Assembly (NCBI GenBank): GCA_046047935.1
Contig: JBJOHA010000058.1
Location: forward strand, 16,601-80,600
Direction: 5' to 3'
Length of the DNA stretch: 64,000 bases
DNA from: Cyanobacteriota bacterium
Lineage (GTDB): Bacteria; Cyanobacteriota; Cyanobacteriia; PCC-6307; Cyanobiaceae
In this document: positions 41,581 through 50,411 of the stretch, piece by piece
How the letters are laid out: the number at the start of each line of letters is the position of its first letter
Position numbering within the stretch: the first letter of the stretch is position 1
Notes under the pieces: generated by a model
Database searches by the model: none
Told to the model about the DNA's origin: nothing
Seen by the model: the letters and a program-made list of their open reading frames with translations, nothing else
Position numbers and translations under genes: made by a program

Positions 41581-42618
41581 GTGGAGAGCGGCTGGCTGCC
41601 GGCGGCCCTCAACTCCGGCTTCCACTACCGCGACCGTGTGGATGTCGCCGTCCCCAGCGTGGCGACCTTCTACGCGAACCGCCATTCGCACAGCACTCTG
41701 GCTGTGTGGCAGGGCCGGCTCCTCGCTGGAGAGATCTGGCGAAACGGCGAGCGCCTCTCAGGCGATGTCCCCCTCCGGGTCGGAGATCGCCTCTGCTGGC
41801 AGCGCCCACCCTGGCGAGAGGGGGCGGTGCCCGGAGCCTGGCCCGTCGTGCATGACGATGGCGACCTGCATGTCATCGACAAGCCCTCCGGCCTGCCGGT
41901 CCTGCCGGCCGGCGGTTGGCTGGAGCACACCGCTTTGCGGCTGCTGGAGCGCCGCCATCGCCTGGATCCTCGCGGGGTGCCGGTTCCGGTGCATCGCCTG
42001 GGGCGCTTCACGAGCGGCCTGCTCGTCTGTGCGCGGCAAGCGGCCACCCGCCGCTGGCTGAGCGCCCGACTGCGGGAGAGCACGGCAGAGCTGGCGGCCT
42101 GTGAGGGGCTCGATGGGGATGGGGATTGGGATGGAGATGGAGATGGAGATGGGGAGCGACCGGCCTGCCGCAAGGTCTACGCGGCGCTGCTCGTGCCCGG
42201 GGGGCTGCCCGAGAGCCTGAAGCCCGGCGATGCGCTGACGATCTCGACAGCGATCGGGCGCCGCCTCCACCACCGGCTGGGGTGGATCTGGTGCGCGGCC
42301 CTGAGGCCGCGGCCCGGGGATCTGGCCGCCCGCAGCACCCTCACCCTGGTGGAGAGGAACGGCGAGGGCGATCGGGTGGAGGTGCGCATCGCCAGCGGCC
42401 GTCCTCACCAGATCCGCATCCACTGCGCCGCCCTTGGCGCGCCGCTGCTGGGCGATCCGCTCTACCTGCCCGGCGGCCTGGCGCGGGAGGAGGTCCTGCC
42501 CGGCGAGGGGGGCTACCGGCTGCGGGCGCGGCGACTGGAGCTTCGGCGACCGGATGGCCGTTGGCTGCGGCTGGAGGCATCCCCGACGCCCCCCGGCGCC
42601 GGGGATGCGGAAGCGTGA
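41581..42618 (+). CDS. RluA-family pseudouridine synthase homologue (HRLG instead of HRLD)
   Basis: DKPSGLPVLP, VHRLGRFTSG, KVYAAL, SGRPHQIRIH, GDPLY. Confidence 0.85.
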   Translation: MESGWLPAALNSGFHYRDRVDVAVPSVATFYANRHSHSTLAVWQGRLLAGEIWRNGERLSGDVPLRVGDRLCWQRPPWREGAVPGAWPVVHDDGDLHVIDKPSGLPVLPAGGWLEHTALRLLERRHRLDPRGVPVPVHRLGRFTSGLLVCARQAATRRWLSARLRESTAELAACEGLDGDGDWDGDGDGDGERPACRKVYAALLVPGGLPESLKPGDALTISTAIGRRLHHRLGWIWCAALRPRPGDLAARSTLTLVERNGEGDRVEVRIASGRPHQIRIHCAALGAPLLGDPLYLPGGLAREEVLPGEGGYRLRARRLELRRPDGRWLRLEASPTPPGAGDAEA

Positions 42619-42645
42619 CAGGGTGAGCGTTTCCTCCCGCCCGCC

Positions 42646-43287
42646 ATGCTCCTGCTCGCCTCCGCTTCGCCCGCCCGCCGCCGCCTGCTGGAGCAAGCGG
42701 CCATTCCCCATCAGGCGCGGGTCAGCGGCGTGGCGGAGGAGGAGGTGAAGGAGCCCGATCCGGTTCTGCTGGTGCAGGCGTTGGCCCTGGCCAAGGCGGC
42801 CGCTGTCCACGGGCGGCTGACGGCCGCCGATGGGGCGATCCGGGCGGTGCTGGGTTGCGACTCCGTGCTGGTGGTGGAGGGCAGGGTGCATGGCAAACCC
42901 CTGGATGCGGCGGAGGCGATCGAGCGCTGGCAGCGCATGGCTGGAGGCTGGGGCGAGCTCCACACCGGCCACTGCCTGCTGCCCTGCGGAGACCGGCCGG
43001 CCCCGGGGCTGGGGCCGGGGCCGGGGCCGATGAAGGGGATGAGGCTCACCACCGTCACCACCCGGGTGCGCTTCGCCGACCTGACCGCAGCGGAGATCGC
43101 CGCCTATGTGGCGACGGGGGAACCGCTGCGCTGCGCGGGGGGCTTCGCCTTGGAGGGGCGAGGCGGATCGATGGTGGAGGAGATCGCGGGCTGCTTCTCC
43201 AACGTGATCGGGCTCAGCCTGCCGTTGCTGCGTCGCTGGCTGCGGGCTCTGGATGGGGAGGCAGCTCCCCGGCCCGAGGCGCCATGA
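42646..43287 (+). CDS. maf: Maf nucleoside triphosphate pyrophosphatase
   Basis: [29 protein letters not shown]. Confidence 0.92.
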   Translation: MLLLASASPARRRLLEQAAIPHQARVSGVAEEEVKEPDPVLLVQALALAKAAAVHGRLTAADGAIRAVLGCDSVLVVEGRVHGKPLDAAEAIERWQRMAGGWGELHTGHCLLPCGDRPAPGLGPGPGPMKGMRLTTVTTRVRFADLTAAEIAAYVATGEPLRCAGGFALEGRGGSMVEEIAGCFSNVIGLSLPLLRRWLRALDGEAAPRPEAP

Positions 43288-44170
43288 AGCAGCGCATGAG
43301 GACGGAGACATCCTCATCGCCGTGTCCAGCGGCCAGCAGTTGATCCTCCATGGCGGCAACGGTGCGGCAGATCGGCAGGTTCAGCCCGGTCTCCGCCGCT
43401 GCGGCCAGGGCAATGGCCAGATCCTTGCGATGGAGCGCCAGGCGGAAACCAAGGGGAAACTGCCCGGCCACCATGCCAGCGGCCCGATGCTCCAGGGCCC
43501 AGGAGCCGGCCGCGCCGCAGGCCAGGGCGCGGCGGAGGTCGTCCATGGGCAAGCCCAGCCGCTGGCCGAGGGCCATGGCTTCCGCCACGGCGGCGTAGCT
43601 CCCCGCCACAAGGATCTGATTGATGGCCTTGGCCTGCTGTCCCGCCCCCGCCTCTCCGAAATGGGTGATCATGCCGCCGACCACCTCCAGAAGAGGCCTG
43701 GCTCGCTCCAGGGTGTCCGCCGCCCCACCCACCAGGATCGAAAGGGTTCCCGCCCGGGCACCCTCCGTGCCTCCCGTGACGGGCGCATCGAGCCAGGCGA
43801 TGCCCAGAGCGGCGAGGCGGTTGGCCAGGGAGCGGGTGCGATCCGGCTCGATGGTGGAGAAATCCACCACCAGCGGCGGAAGCGCGGACGGGGCGCGGCG
43901 GCCCGAGGTCAGCCCTGCCACCACGCCTTCCGGGCCGAACAAGACCCCCTCCACCGCCGGGCCATCGCTCAGGCAAAGCAGAACGACCCGGGCGTCGGCG
44001 ACGGCCTCCGCCGGAGTGGCCGCCGCTTGGGCCCCCGCTTGCACCAGGGGAGTCTCGCGCTGCCGCGTGCGGTTGTGCACGGTGAGTGTCATGCCGGCGG
44101 CCAGCAGGTTGGCGGCCATGGGGGCGCCGAGGGCGCCGAGGCCGATGAAGGCCACGGGGGGGTGATCCAT
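43214..44170 (-). CDS. NAD(P)-dependent beta-hydroxyacid dehydrogenase
   Basis: [34 protein letters not shown]. Confidence 0.9.
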   Translation of the reverse strand: MDHPPVAFIGLGALGAPMAANLLAAGMTLTVHNRTRQRETPLVQAGAQAAATPAEAVADARVVLLCLSDGPAVEGVLFGPEGVVAGLTSGRRAPSALPPLVVDFSTIEPDRTRSLANRLAALGIAWLDAPVTGGTEGARAGTLSILVGGAADTLERARPLLEVVGGMITHFGEAGAGQQAKAINQILVAGSYAAVAEAMALGQRLGLPMDDLRRALACGAAGSWALEHRAAGMVAGQFPLGFRLALHRKDLAIALAAAAETGLNLPICRTVAAMEDQLLAAGHGDEDVSVLMRCFMAPRAGELPPHPEPAASDAATAG

Positions 44171-44686
44171 GGGGAACCGGGGAGATGGCGCACAACGCTG
44201 ACACGCGCATGACCCTGATCAGCAAAGGATCGAAGGCCTGGTGTCAACCCTTTGCCAGAGAGAGGCGACAACGGTGGAGGCCGATGTTGCGCTCCGCCCG
44301 CGCGGCGCGGCAAGCCATTAACGGTGTAGCCAGCGATACACAGGATTCCCAAAAAGGTTGGGTGACAATGGGATGTTCCCCAATAGAAACGGAGAGAGGG
44401 CCGATCGTCTTGCCTTGGGCAGACACAAACGAATGGAAGCCTTTGCTTTCATTTAAGCCATCTGCAAAGACTTGGAAAAAAGTTCAGGGCAAGCCGCTTT
44501 GACTGGTTTCAGACTTTTCATGAAGCTCTCCTTGGCAGAGGAAATGGATGACTAGCTTGAGCCACGAAAGGTTCTGGCGGCTGATCTAGCAATATCCCGC
44601 TTTTCTTAATGGCCAAAGCAACTCCGCAGCTGGCACCCTGAAGGTGTGGCCATCCCCAGCCTCCCTCCCTCCCCGCGAAGGTCCAG

Positions 44687-45100
44687 ATGTTGACACCATC
44701 CCCCACGGACCCCTCCCCTCGCCAACCGGGGGAGGCCGAGGCTCGGCTGATCCTTTCGGCCGCCACAGCCAGTGATCCCGCGCGCCTCAGCCAGAGCCTG
44801 AAGCGCATGGTCGAGCGTTCGCGGGGGGCGGAGGGTGTGCTGTCCCGCCCTGATCCCTCGACCACCACCGTGTCGGCCCCCGCCAACCGCGAGCCCAACC
44901 CTCAGCCAGGGCCTCAGGAGGCCCTCTTCAAGCCGCCTGCGGTCGTGGCCGACATCGACGCCCTGAGCGCGACCATCCAAAAAGTTGGCAGGCGCTTGGG
45001 TTGTCCCCATTGCTGCTCCGGATTCGACATTGACTTCCAGCGCGAAATCGAGGCCTCTGCCCGGACTTCACAGCCCACCATTCCGCGAACCACGCTTTGA
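44687..45100 (+). CDS. Putative RiPP precursor (137 aa, GCPHCCSG motif) for the adjacent MNIO
   Basis: GAAGGT just upstream of the ATG; Cys only at 106, 109, 110; stop overlaps the MNIO start (TGATG). Confidence 0.75.
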   Translation: MLTPSPTDPSPRQPGEAEARLILSAATASDPARLSQSLKRMVERSRGAEGVLSRPDPSTTTVSAPANREPNPQPGPQEALFKPPAVVADIDALSATIQKVGRRLGCPHCCSGFDIDFQREIEASARTSQPTIPRTTL

Positions 45101-46569
45101 TGAACCCTCCCAGTCTCACCTCTCCAGGTCTCGGCATCTCCTGGATCCAAGGGCTTGATCCCTTGCTCCTGACGCAGCGGGAGCTGGTGGACTGGGTCGA
45201 ATTTGAACCCCAGACCACCTGGCTGGTCGCCGAACCCGAAGCGGAGGAGCGGGCCTCCTACGACCTGATCGAGCATGTGCTGCAACTGCCCGGCCGCAAG
45301 CTTGTGCACAGCGTCGCGGCGCCGGTTGGCGGCAGCAGCGAAGCGAGCGCCCACCACCTGAACCTCCTGCGCAAGACGGTGGGTGTGCTGAACGCTCCTT
45401 GGGCCTCCGAACACCTGGGATTCAATGCCTCCCATGGCGTTTGCACAGGTTTCTTTCTGCCGCCGCGACAAACGGAAGCCCAGGTGCGGATCGTGGCGGA
45501 CAACATCCGCAGACTGCAAGACGCGCTCGGCGTGCCCGTGGCGATTGAAAACATCGCCAGTTATCTGCGGCCCCGCAGCGATGAAATGTCGGATGGCGAA
45601 TTTCTTGCCCGGGTGCTGGAGGCTGCGGATTGCGGCTTGCTGCTGGATCTGCACAACGCCTATACGAATGCGCGCAATGGTCGCCAAGCCTTGGAACCAT
45701 TCCTCAACGATCTGCCCTTGGAGCGCGTTTGGGAAATCCATCTGGCGGGCGGTCTGCTTCAAGATGGCTTCTGGCTGGATGCCCATTCCGGGCCGGTTCC
45801 CAAGGAGTTGTGGCCCCTGATTCGCGACCTCCCCGATCGCTTGCCTTCCTTGAAGGTGGTGAATCTTGAGCTGTATCCGGCTTTTCTCGAGACGCACGGT
45901 CTGGAGGTGGTGGTGGACGAACTGCGACGCATCCGCTCTTGGATCAGTCGGTCCTCCGCGGCGGAGGCGGTCGCCCTTCCCGCTGTCCAGCCATCAGCGC
46001 CCCTGACCCTCCGGGATCAACGGGGCCAACCCCCCCTCACAGACCTGGGCGATCCCTGGGAAGCGGCTCTCACCGCCCTGGTGACCGGCAAGGAGGTGTT
46101 GACAGCGAGTCCGGAGACGGCGGATCTCCAGGCCCATCTGGCGGATGAGCGTGGCGTGCCCCTGGTGCGCGAGATGGTGTTCTCCTTCCGCGCCTCGATG
46201 GTGGTGCAAGTGTTGAAGCTGTCCGCCCGCCTGCTGCTGCGCGCCGTGGGTCCCGGGGTCTGTCGCCAGATGCTCAGCGATGCGTTCGCCCACCATCCAC
46301 CGGCGCTGTACGCCACCCTCGAGGCCCTGTCATTCGCGGAGCATGTCAAATCGCGCGATTGGCAGATTCCGCTCCTGGAGGACGTGTTGGGCTATGAGCT
46401 GGCTGTCGCCCAGACCCTGATCGATGGCAAGCCGCGGGTGGTCACCTTTCCGGTGGAGCCCATTCCGCTGTTGCGGGCGCTGATGGAGGGACGGATTCCG
46501 GAGGCTGATTTGCTGCGGGGGACGTATGAAATCGAGATCCAGCCCGACCCCAACCGGCTCCTGATCTGA
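45100..46569 (+). CDS. DUF692/UPF0276 multinuclear non-heme iron oxidative enzyme (MNIO) with C-terminal extension
   Basis: GLG start, HSV, SEHL, ENIASY, LLLDLHNAY, EIHLAGG, LDAHS, NLE metal-ligand series; about 200 extra C-terminal residues. Confidence 0.9.
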   Translation: MNPPSLTSPGLGISWIQGLDPLLLTQRELVDWVEFEPQTTWLVAEPEAEERASYDLIEHVLQLPGRKLVHSVAAPVGGSSEASAHHLNLLRKTVGVLNAPWASEHLGFNASHGVCTGFFLPPRQTEAQVRIVADNIRRLQDALGVPVAIENIASYLRPRSDEMSDGEFLARVLEAADCGLLLDLHNAYTNARNGRQALEPFLNDLPLERVWEIHLAGGLLQDGFWLDAHSGPVPKELWPLIRDLPDRLPSLKVVNLELYPAFLETHGLEVVVDELRRIRSWISRSSAAEAVALPAVQPSAPLTLRDQRGQPPLTDLGDPWEAALTALVTGKEVLTASPETADLQAHLADERGVPLVREMVFSFRASMVVQVLKLSARLLLRAVGPGVCRQMLSDAFAHHPPALYATLEALSFAEHVKSRDWQIPLLEDVLGYELAVAQTLIDGKPRVVTFPVEPIPLLRALMEGRIPEADLLRGTYEIEIQPDPNRLLI

Positions 46570-46627
46570 CGCCGCAGGGGTCCTTGCCCAGCCGGCGCGG
46601 TTCGATGGGAGGCCAGAACCCCCCCGC

Positions 46628-48169
46628 TCACGCCTGGGCCGCGAGAAAGGCCTCCGCAGCGTCGACATACCCCTGCCGGGTGTCCTCCCCGAGGCGATCG
46701 AGTTGGCGCACCATCATCGCCAGGCGAGGGTGCCTGCGGAAGCGCTCCGCATGCCGGCTCTGGAACGACCAGTAGAGGGCTTGAAACGGGCAGGCCTCCG
46801 GTCCGGTTTTCACCTTGGGGTTGTAACGGCAGCGGGCGCAGTGGTCGCCCATGCGATCGAGGTAGGCGGGTCCTGCGGCGTAGGGCTTGGTGGCCAGCCA
46901 GCCGCCATCGGCGTAGAGCACCATGCCGAGCACGTTGGGCACCATCACCCAGTCATAGGCATCGCTGTACATCTCCAAGTACCACCGCAACACCTCTTGG
47001 GGCGCATAGCCCCCCAGGAGAAAAAAGTTGCCCAGCACCATCAGGCGCTGAATGTGGTGGTTGTAACCCAGCGCGAGAGCTGTCCGAATGGCACGGCTGA
47101 CACAGCGCAGGTCGGTTTCGCCGCTGTACGCCCAGCGCGGCAGCGGGCGATGGGCCTCCAAGGCGTTCACCGCGAGGTAGTCGGGCATGTGGCGCCAATA
47201 CATGCCGTTGATGAATTCGCGCCAGCCGAGGATCTGCCGGATGAACCCCTCCACGGAAGCGAGGGGAGCCGCGCCGGCCAGCCAGGCCGCTTCCGCCGCC
47301 CGCACGCATTCCATCGGCGTCAGCAATCCGATGTTGAGCAGCGGGGAGAGCACGGAATGGAAGAGCACCGGCTCCTCCTCCAGGGTCACGTCCTCCCAGG
47401 GGCCGAACGCCGCCAGCCGCTCCCGCACAAAACGCTCCAGCCAGGCCAGGGCCCCCGCCCGCGTGGCGGGAAGCCAAAGATCAGCGGCCCGGCCGGGGTG
47501 ATCCGCGAACAGGCGCGCCACCTGGGACGCCACCTCCCGCACGACGGGATCCGCTTCAGGAGGGGGCAGGGGGGGCACGGGCGGGTTGGCCTTGCGGAAC
47601 TGGGCACGGGTCTGGCGGTTGTCCGCATCGGTGTTCCAGACACCGCCAGCGGGCTGGCCATCGGCGGTCAGCAACACGCCCAGCTCCTTGCGCAGGCGAC
47701 GGTAGTGCTGCTCCATCACGACGGAGCGGCGCCCCTCCGCCCAGGCCAGGAAGTTGGCGCGGGGCAGGAGAAACTGCGTGGTGGGATGGGTGTGAAGGGG
47801 GAGGCCCAGCCGCTTGGCGAGTGCGGGAAGGGAGGCTTGGGTGTGGAAGTCGTTGGGTTCGAGGAGATGGAGGGCTTGCGGGCCATGCTGCTGAATCCAA
47901 GCGGCCAGAACCGCGCCGCTGTCGGGCGGGTCGGGGGAGGGGAAGGGATCTTCGAGGCGGTGGTACAGAACGCGATGGCCGGCTTGCTTCAGCGCCGCCG
48001 CGTAGTGGCGCATGGCGGCATAGAGCAGGGTGAGCTTTTGTTGGTGGTAGCGCAGGCGGCGCGCCCGGGGAGCGGACTCCACCATCACCACCCAGCGGTC
48101 GGGATCCGGCGCTGGCAGCAGGGGATGGTCGCTCAACAGCTGATCGCCCAGGATCCACACCAGCTCCAT
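46628..48169 (-). CDS. Cryptochrome/photolyase, FeS-BCP (PhrB-like) type
   Basis: WILGDQL, HQQKL, FHSVLSPLLNIGLL, GWREF, HHIQRLM, KPYAAG; Cys in DLRC, CARC, CPF. Confidence 0.9.
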   Translation of the reverse strand: MELVWILGDQLLSDHPLLPAPDPDRWVVMVESAPRARRLRYHQQKLTLLYAAMRHYAAALKQAGHRVLYHRLEDPFPSPDPPDSGAVLAAWIQQHGPQALHLLEPNDFHTQASLPALAKRLGLPLHTHPTTQFLLPRANFLAWAEGRRSVVMEQHYRRLRKELGVLLTADGQPAGGVWNTDADNRQTRAQFRKANPPVPPLPPPEADPVVREVASQVARLFADHPGRAADLWLPATRAGALAWLERFVRERLAAFGPWEDVTLEEEPVLFHSVLSPLLNIGLLTPMECVRAAEAAWLAGAAPLASVEGFIRQILGWREFINGMYWRHMPDYLAVNALEAHRPLPRWAYSGETDLRCVSRAIRTALALGYNHHIQRLMVLGNFFLLGGYAPQEVLRWYLEMYSDAYDWVMVPNVLGMVLYADGGWLATKPYAAGPAYLDRMGDHCARCRYNPKVKTGPEACPFQALYWSFQSRHAERFRRHPRLAMMVRQLDRLGEDTRQGYVDAAEAFLAAQA

Positions 48170-48252
48170 CGCTTGCCGCTCGGCGGTTCTGCCGGGAATC
48201 CTCGCTGCGGGAGGGCCCGGTCCACAATCGAAGCCGGACGTCGTGCCCCCCT

Positions 48253-49122
48253 TTGCCCGCGCCATCCTCACCCTCTTTGCTCCTGCCCCCGGCGGGCCCT
48301 GTCGCCGTGATGGGGGTGCTCAACCTCACGCCGGATTCCTTCAGCGACGGCGGCCGTCTGCCCACCGTCGAGGCGGCCGTGGAGCAAGCGGGGCGCCTGT
48401 TGAAGCAAGGCGCGGCGGTGTTGGATCTGGGAGCCCAGAGCACCCGGCCGGGGGCGGAGACGGTGGGGGTGGCGACCGAGCTGGATCGCCTGCTCCCCCC
48501 CCTGCGGGCGATCCGCGCCGCCTGGCCCGAGGCCGTGTTGTCGATCGACACCTTTCATGCGGCCGTGGCGGAGGCGGCCCTGGCGGAGGGCGCGAGCTGG
48601 ATCAATGACGTGCGCGGCGCCAACGTCACGCCAACGGCAGCGGGGGGGAGCCTCCGAGATCCGGCGATGCTGCCCCTCGCCGCCGCCGCCGGTTGCCCTG
48701 TGGTGTTGACCCACAGCCGCGGAGACAGCGCCACGATGGATGAGCTCGCCCGCTACGAGGATGTGGTCGTGGAGGTGCGGCGGGAGTTGGCGGCGGCGAC
48801 AGCGCTGGCCCTGGAGGCGGGCGTGCGGCTGGAGCGGATTCTTTGGGATCCCGGCCTGGGCTTTGCCAAAACCACCGCGCAAAACCTGGAGCTGCTGCGC
48901 CGCCTTCCGGAGCTGGTGGCCGCCGGTCATCCCGTGTTGATCGGCCCGTCCCGCAAACGGTTCATCGGCGCGGTGCTGCATGAGCCGCGGCCAAGGGCGC
49001 GGCTTTGGGGCACGGCAGCGGTTTGCGCCCTGGCGGCGACGCGCGGGGCGGCGGTGTTGCGCGTGCATGATGTGGGTCCGATCGTGCAGGTGGCGCGGAT
49101 GGCTGAGGCGGTGGGGAGCTGA
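48253..49122 (+). CDS. folP: Dihydropteroate synthase
   Basis: MGVLNLTPDSFSDGG, DLGAQSTRPG, SIDT, DPGLGFAK, SRKRF, RVHDV. Confidence 0.96.
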   Translation: MPAPSSPSLLLPPAGPVAVMGVLNLTPDSFSDGGRLPTVEAAVEQAGRLLKQGAAVLDLGAQSTRPGAETVGVATELDRLLPPLRAIRAAWPEAVLSIDTFHAAVAEAALAEGASWINDVRGANVTPTAAGGSLRDPAMLPLAAAAGCPVVLTHSRGDSATMDELARYEDVVVEVRRELAAATALALEAGVRLERILWDPGLGFAKTTAQNLELLRRLPELVAAGHPVLIGPSRKRFIGAVLHEPRPRARLWGTAAVCALAATRGAAVLRVHDVGPIVQVARMAEAVGS

Positions 49123-50411
49123 TGCGCTTCCTTCACACCTCCGACTGGCATCTGGGTCGCTCGTTCCATGGAGCCTCCCTGCTGGAGGAGCAGGCGGCGG
49201 CCCTGGAGCGCATCGTCGCGCTGGCACGGGAGGCGGAGGTGGATGCGGTGTTGATCGCGGGCGACATCTACGACCGGGCCATCCCTCCCGCCGAAGCGGT
49301 GCGGCTGTTCAACGACACCCTGGCCGCGCTGCGCGCCACAGGGGCGGCGGTGGTGGCGATCGCGGGCAACCACGACTCCCATGTGCGGGTGTCGGTGTAT
49401 GACCCCTTGCTGTCGGCCCTGGGGGTGACGATCCGCGGAGACGTGGGCCGAGCGGATCAACCGGTGCTCGTGACGCCCCGACGGGGCGGGGGGCCGGTGG
49501 CGATCTACCCGGTGCCCTACCTGGATCCGGCGGTGGATGGGGCAGCCCTGGAGGAGCCGGAGCGGGCAGGAGCCAAGGGGGAGGCGGGAGCCGAGGGCCA
49601 GGGCCTGGGATCCCCGTTCGTCGGGGGACGGCTGCGCCACGAGGAGGTGACCCGATGGGCCCTGGCGCGGGTGCGCCGCGACTGGAGCCAGCGGCCGGGG
49701 CACCGCGCGATCGTCGTCGCCCATGGCTTTGTGGCGGGAGGCGTGCCCTCGGAGTCGGAGCGGGAGCTGACGGTGGGCAATGTGGAGCGGGTGAGCGTGG
49801 AGGCGTTCGCCGGTTTCGACGCGGTGGCACTCGGCCACCTCCATCGGCCCCAGGAGCTCGCGGGCCCGCGGCTGGCCTACTGCGGCTCTCCCCTCCCTTA
49901 CTCCTTCTCCGAGGAGGGGCAGCGCAAGGAGGTGCGGCTGGTCGAGCTGGCGGCCAACGGGGAGCCGGTGGTGGAGCGGGTGGCGCTGGAGGTGGGGCGG
50001 CCCCTGGCGACGGTGGAGGGCGCGATCGAGGACTTGTTGCGCGATCCCGCCCTGGCGGCGGCGGAAAGCGCGCGGGTGCGGGTGATCCTCACCGATGAAA
50101 CGCTGCCCCTGCAGGCCAAGGCGCGCCTGCAGCGGCGCTTCCCCCACATCGCCGAGCTGCGGCACCGCCCCCCCCTGGCGGATCGTCAACCCGATCGCGA
50201 CCGGCAGCGGCGGGCGCGGCAAGCCTCATCGCCCCTGGATCTGCTGACCGCCTTCTACGCCGAGCAGCAAGGGCGCCCCGCCTCGCCCGAGGAGGAGCGT
50301 TTGCTGCGCCGCGCCCTGGAGGTGGCCAGCGGGCGGGAGGCCGCCGGCGGAACAGGCGGGCGGATGAGTGGGCCCGAGCCGGAGCAGGACAGAGCGGTGA
50401 ACGCCCCATGA
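49122..50411 (+). CDS. sbcD: SbcD nuclease subunit
   Basis: LHTSDWHLG, AGDIYD, GNHDS, LGHLH, YCGSP. Confidence 0.95.
   Translation: MRFLHTSDWHLGRSFHGASLLEEQAAALERIVALAREAEVDAVLIAGDIYDRAIPPAEAVRLFNDTLAALRATGAAVVAIAGNHDSHVRVSVYDPLLSALGVTIRGDVGRADQPVLVTPRRGGGPVAIYPVPYLDPAVDGAALEEPERAGAKGEAGAEGQGLGSPFVGGRLRHEEVTRWALARVRRDWSQRPGHRAIVVAHGFVAGGVPSESERELTVGNVERVSVEAFAGFDAVALGHLHRPQELAGPRLAYCGSPLPYSFSEEGQRKEVRLVELAANGEPVVERVALEVGRPLATVEGAIEDLLRDPALAAAESARVRVILTDETLPLQAKARLQRRFPHIAELRHRPPLADRQPDRDRQRRARQASSPLDLLTAFYAEQQGRPASPEEERLLRRALEVASGREAAGGTGGRMSGPEPEQDRAVNAP

Noticed and set aside
44185-44686. Small ORFs, riboswitch or promoter upstream of the MNIO precursor
   Set aside because: AT-richer and likely regulatory, but no motif could be supported by eye.
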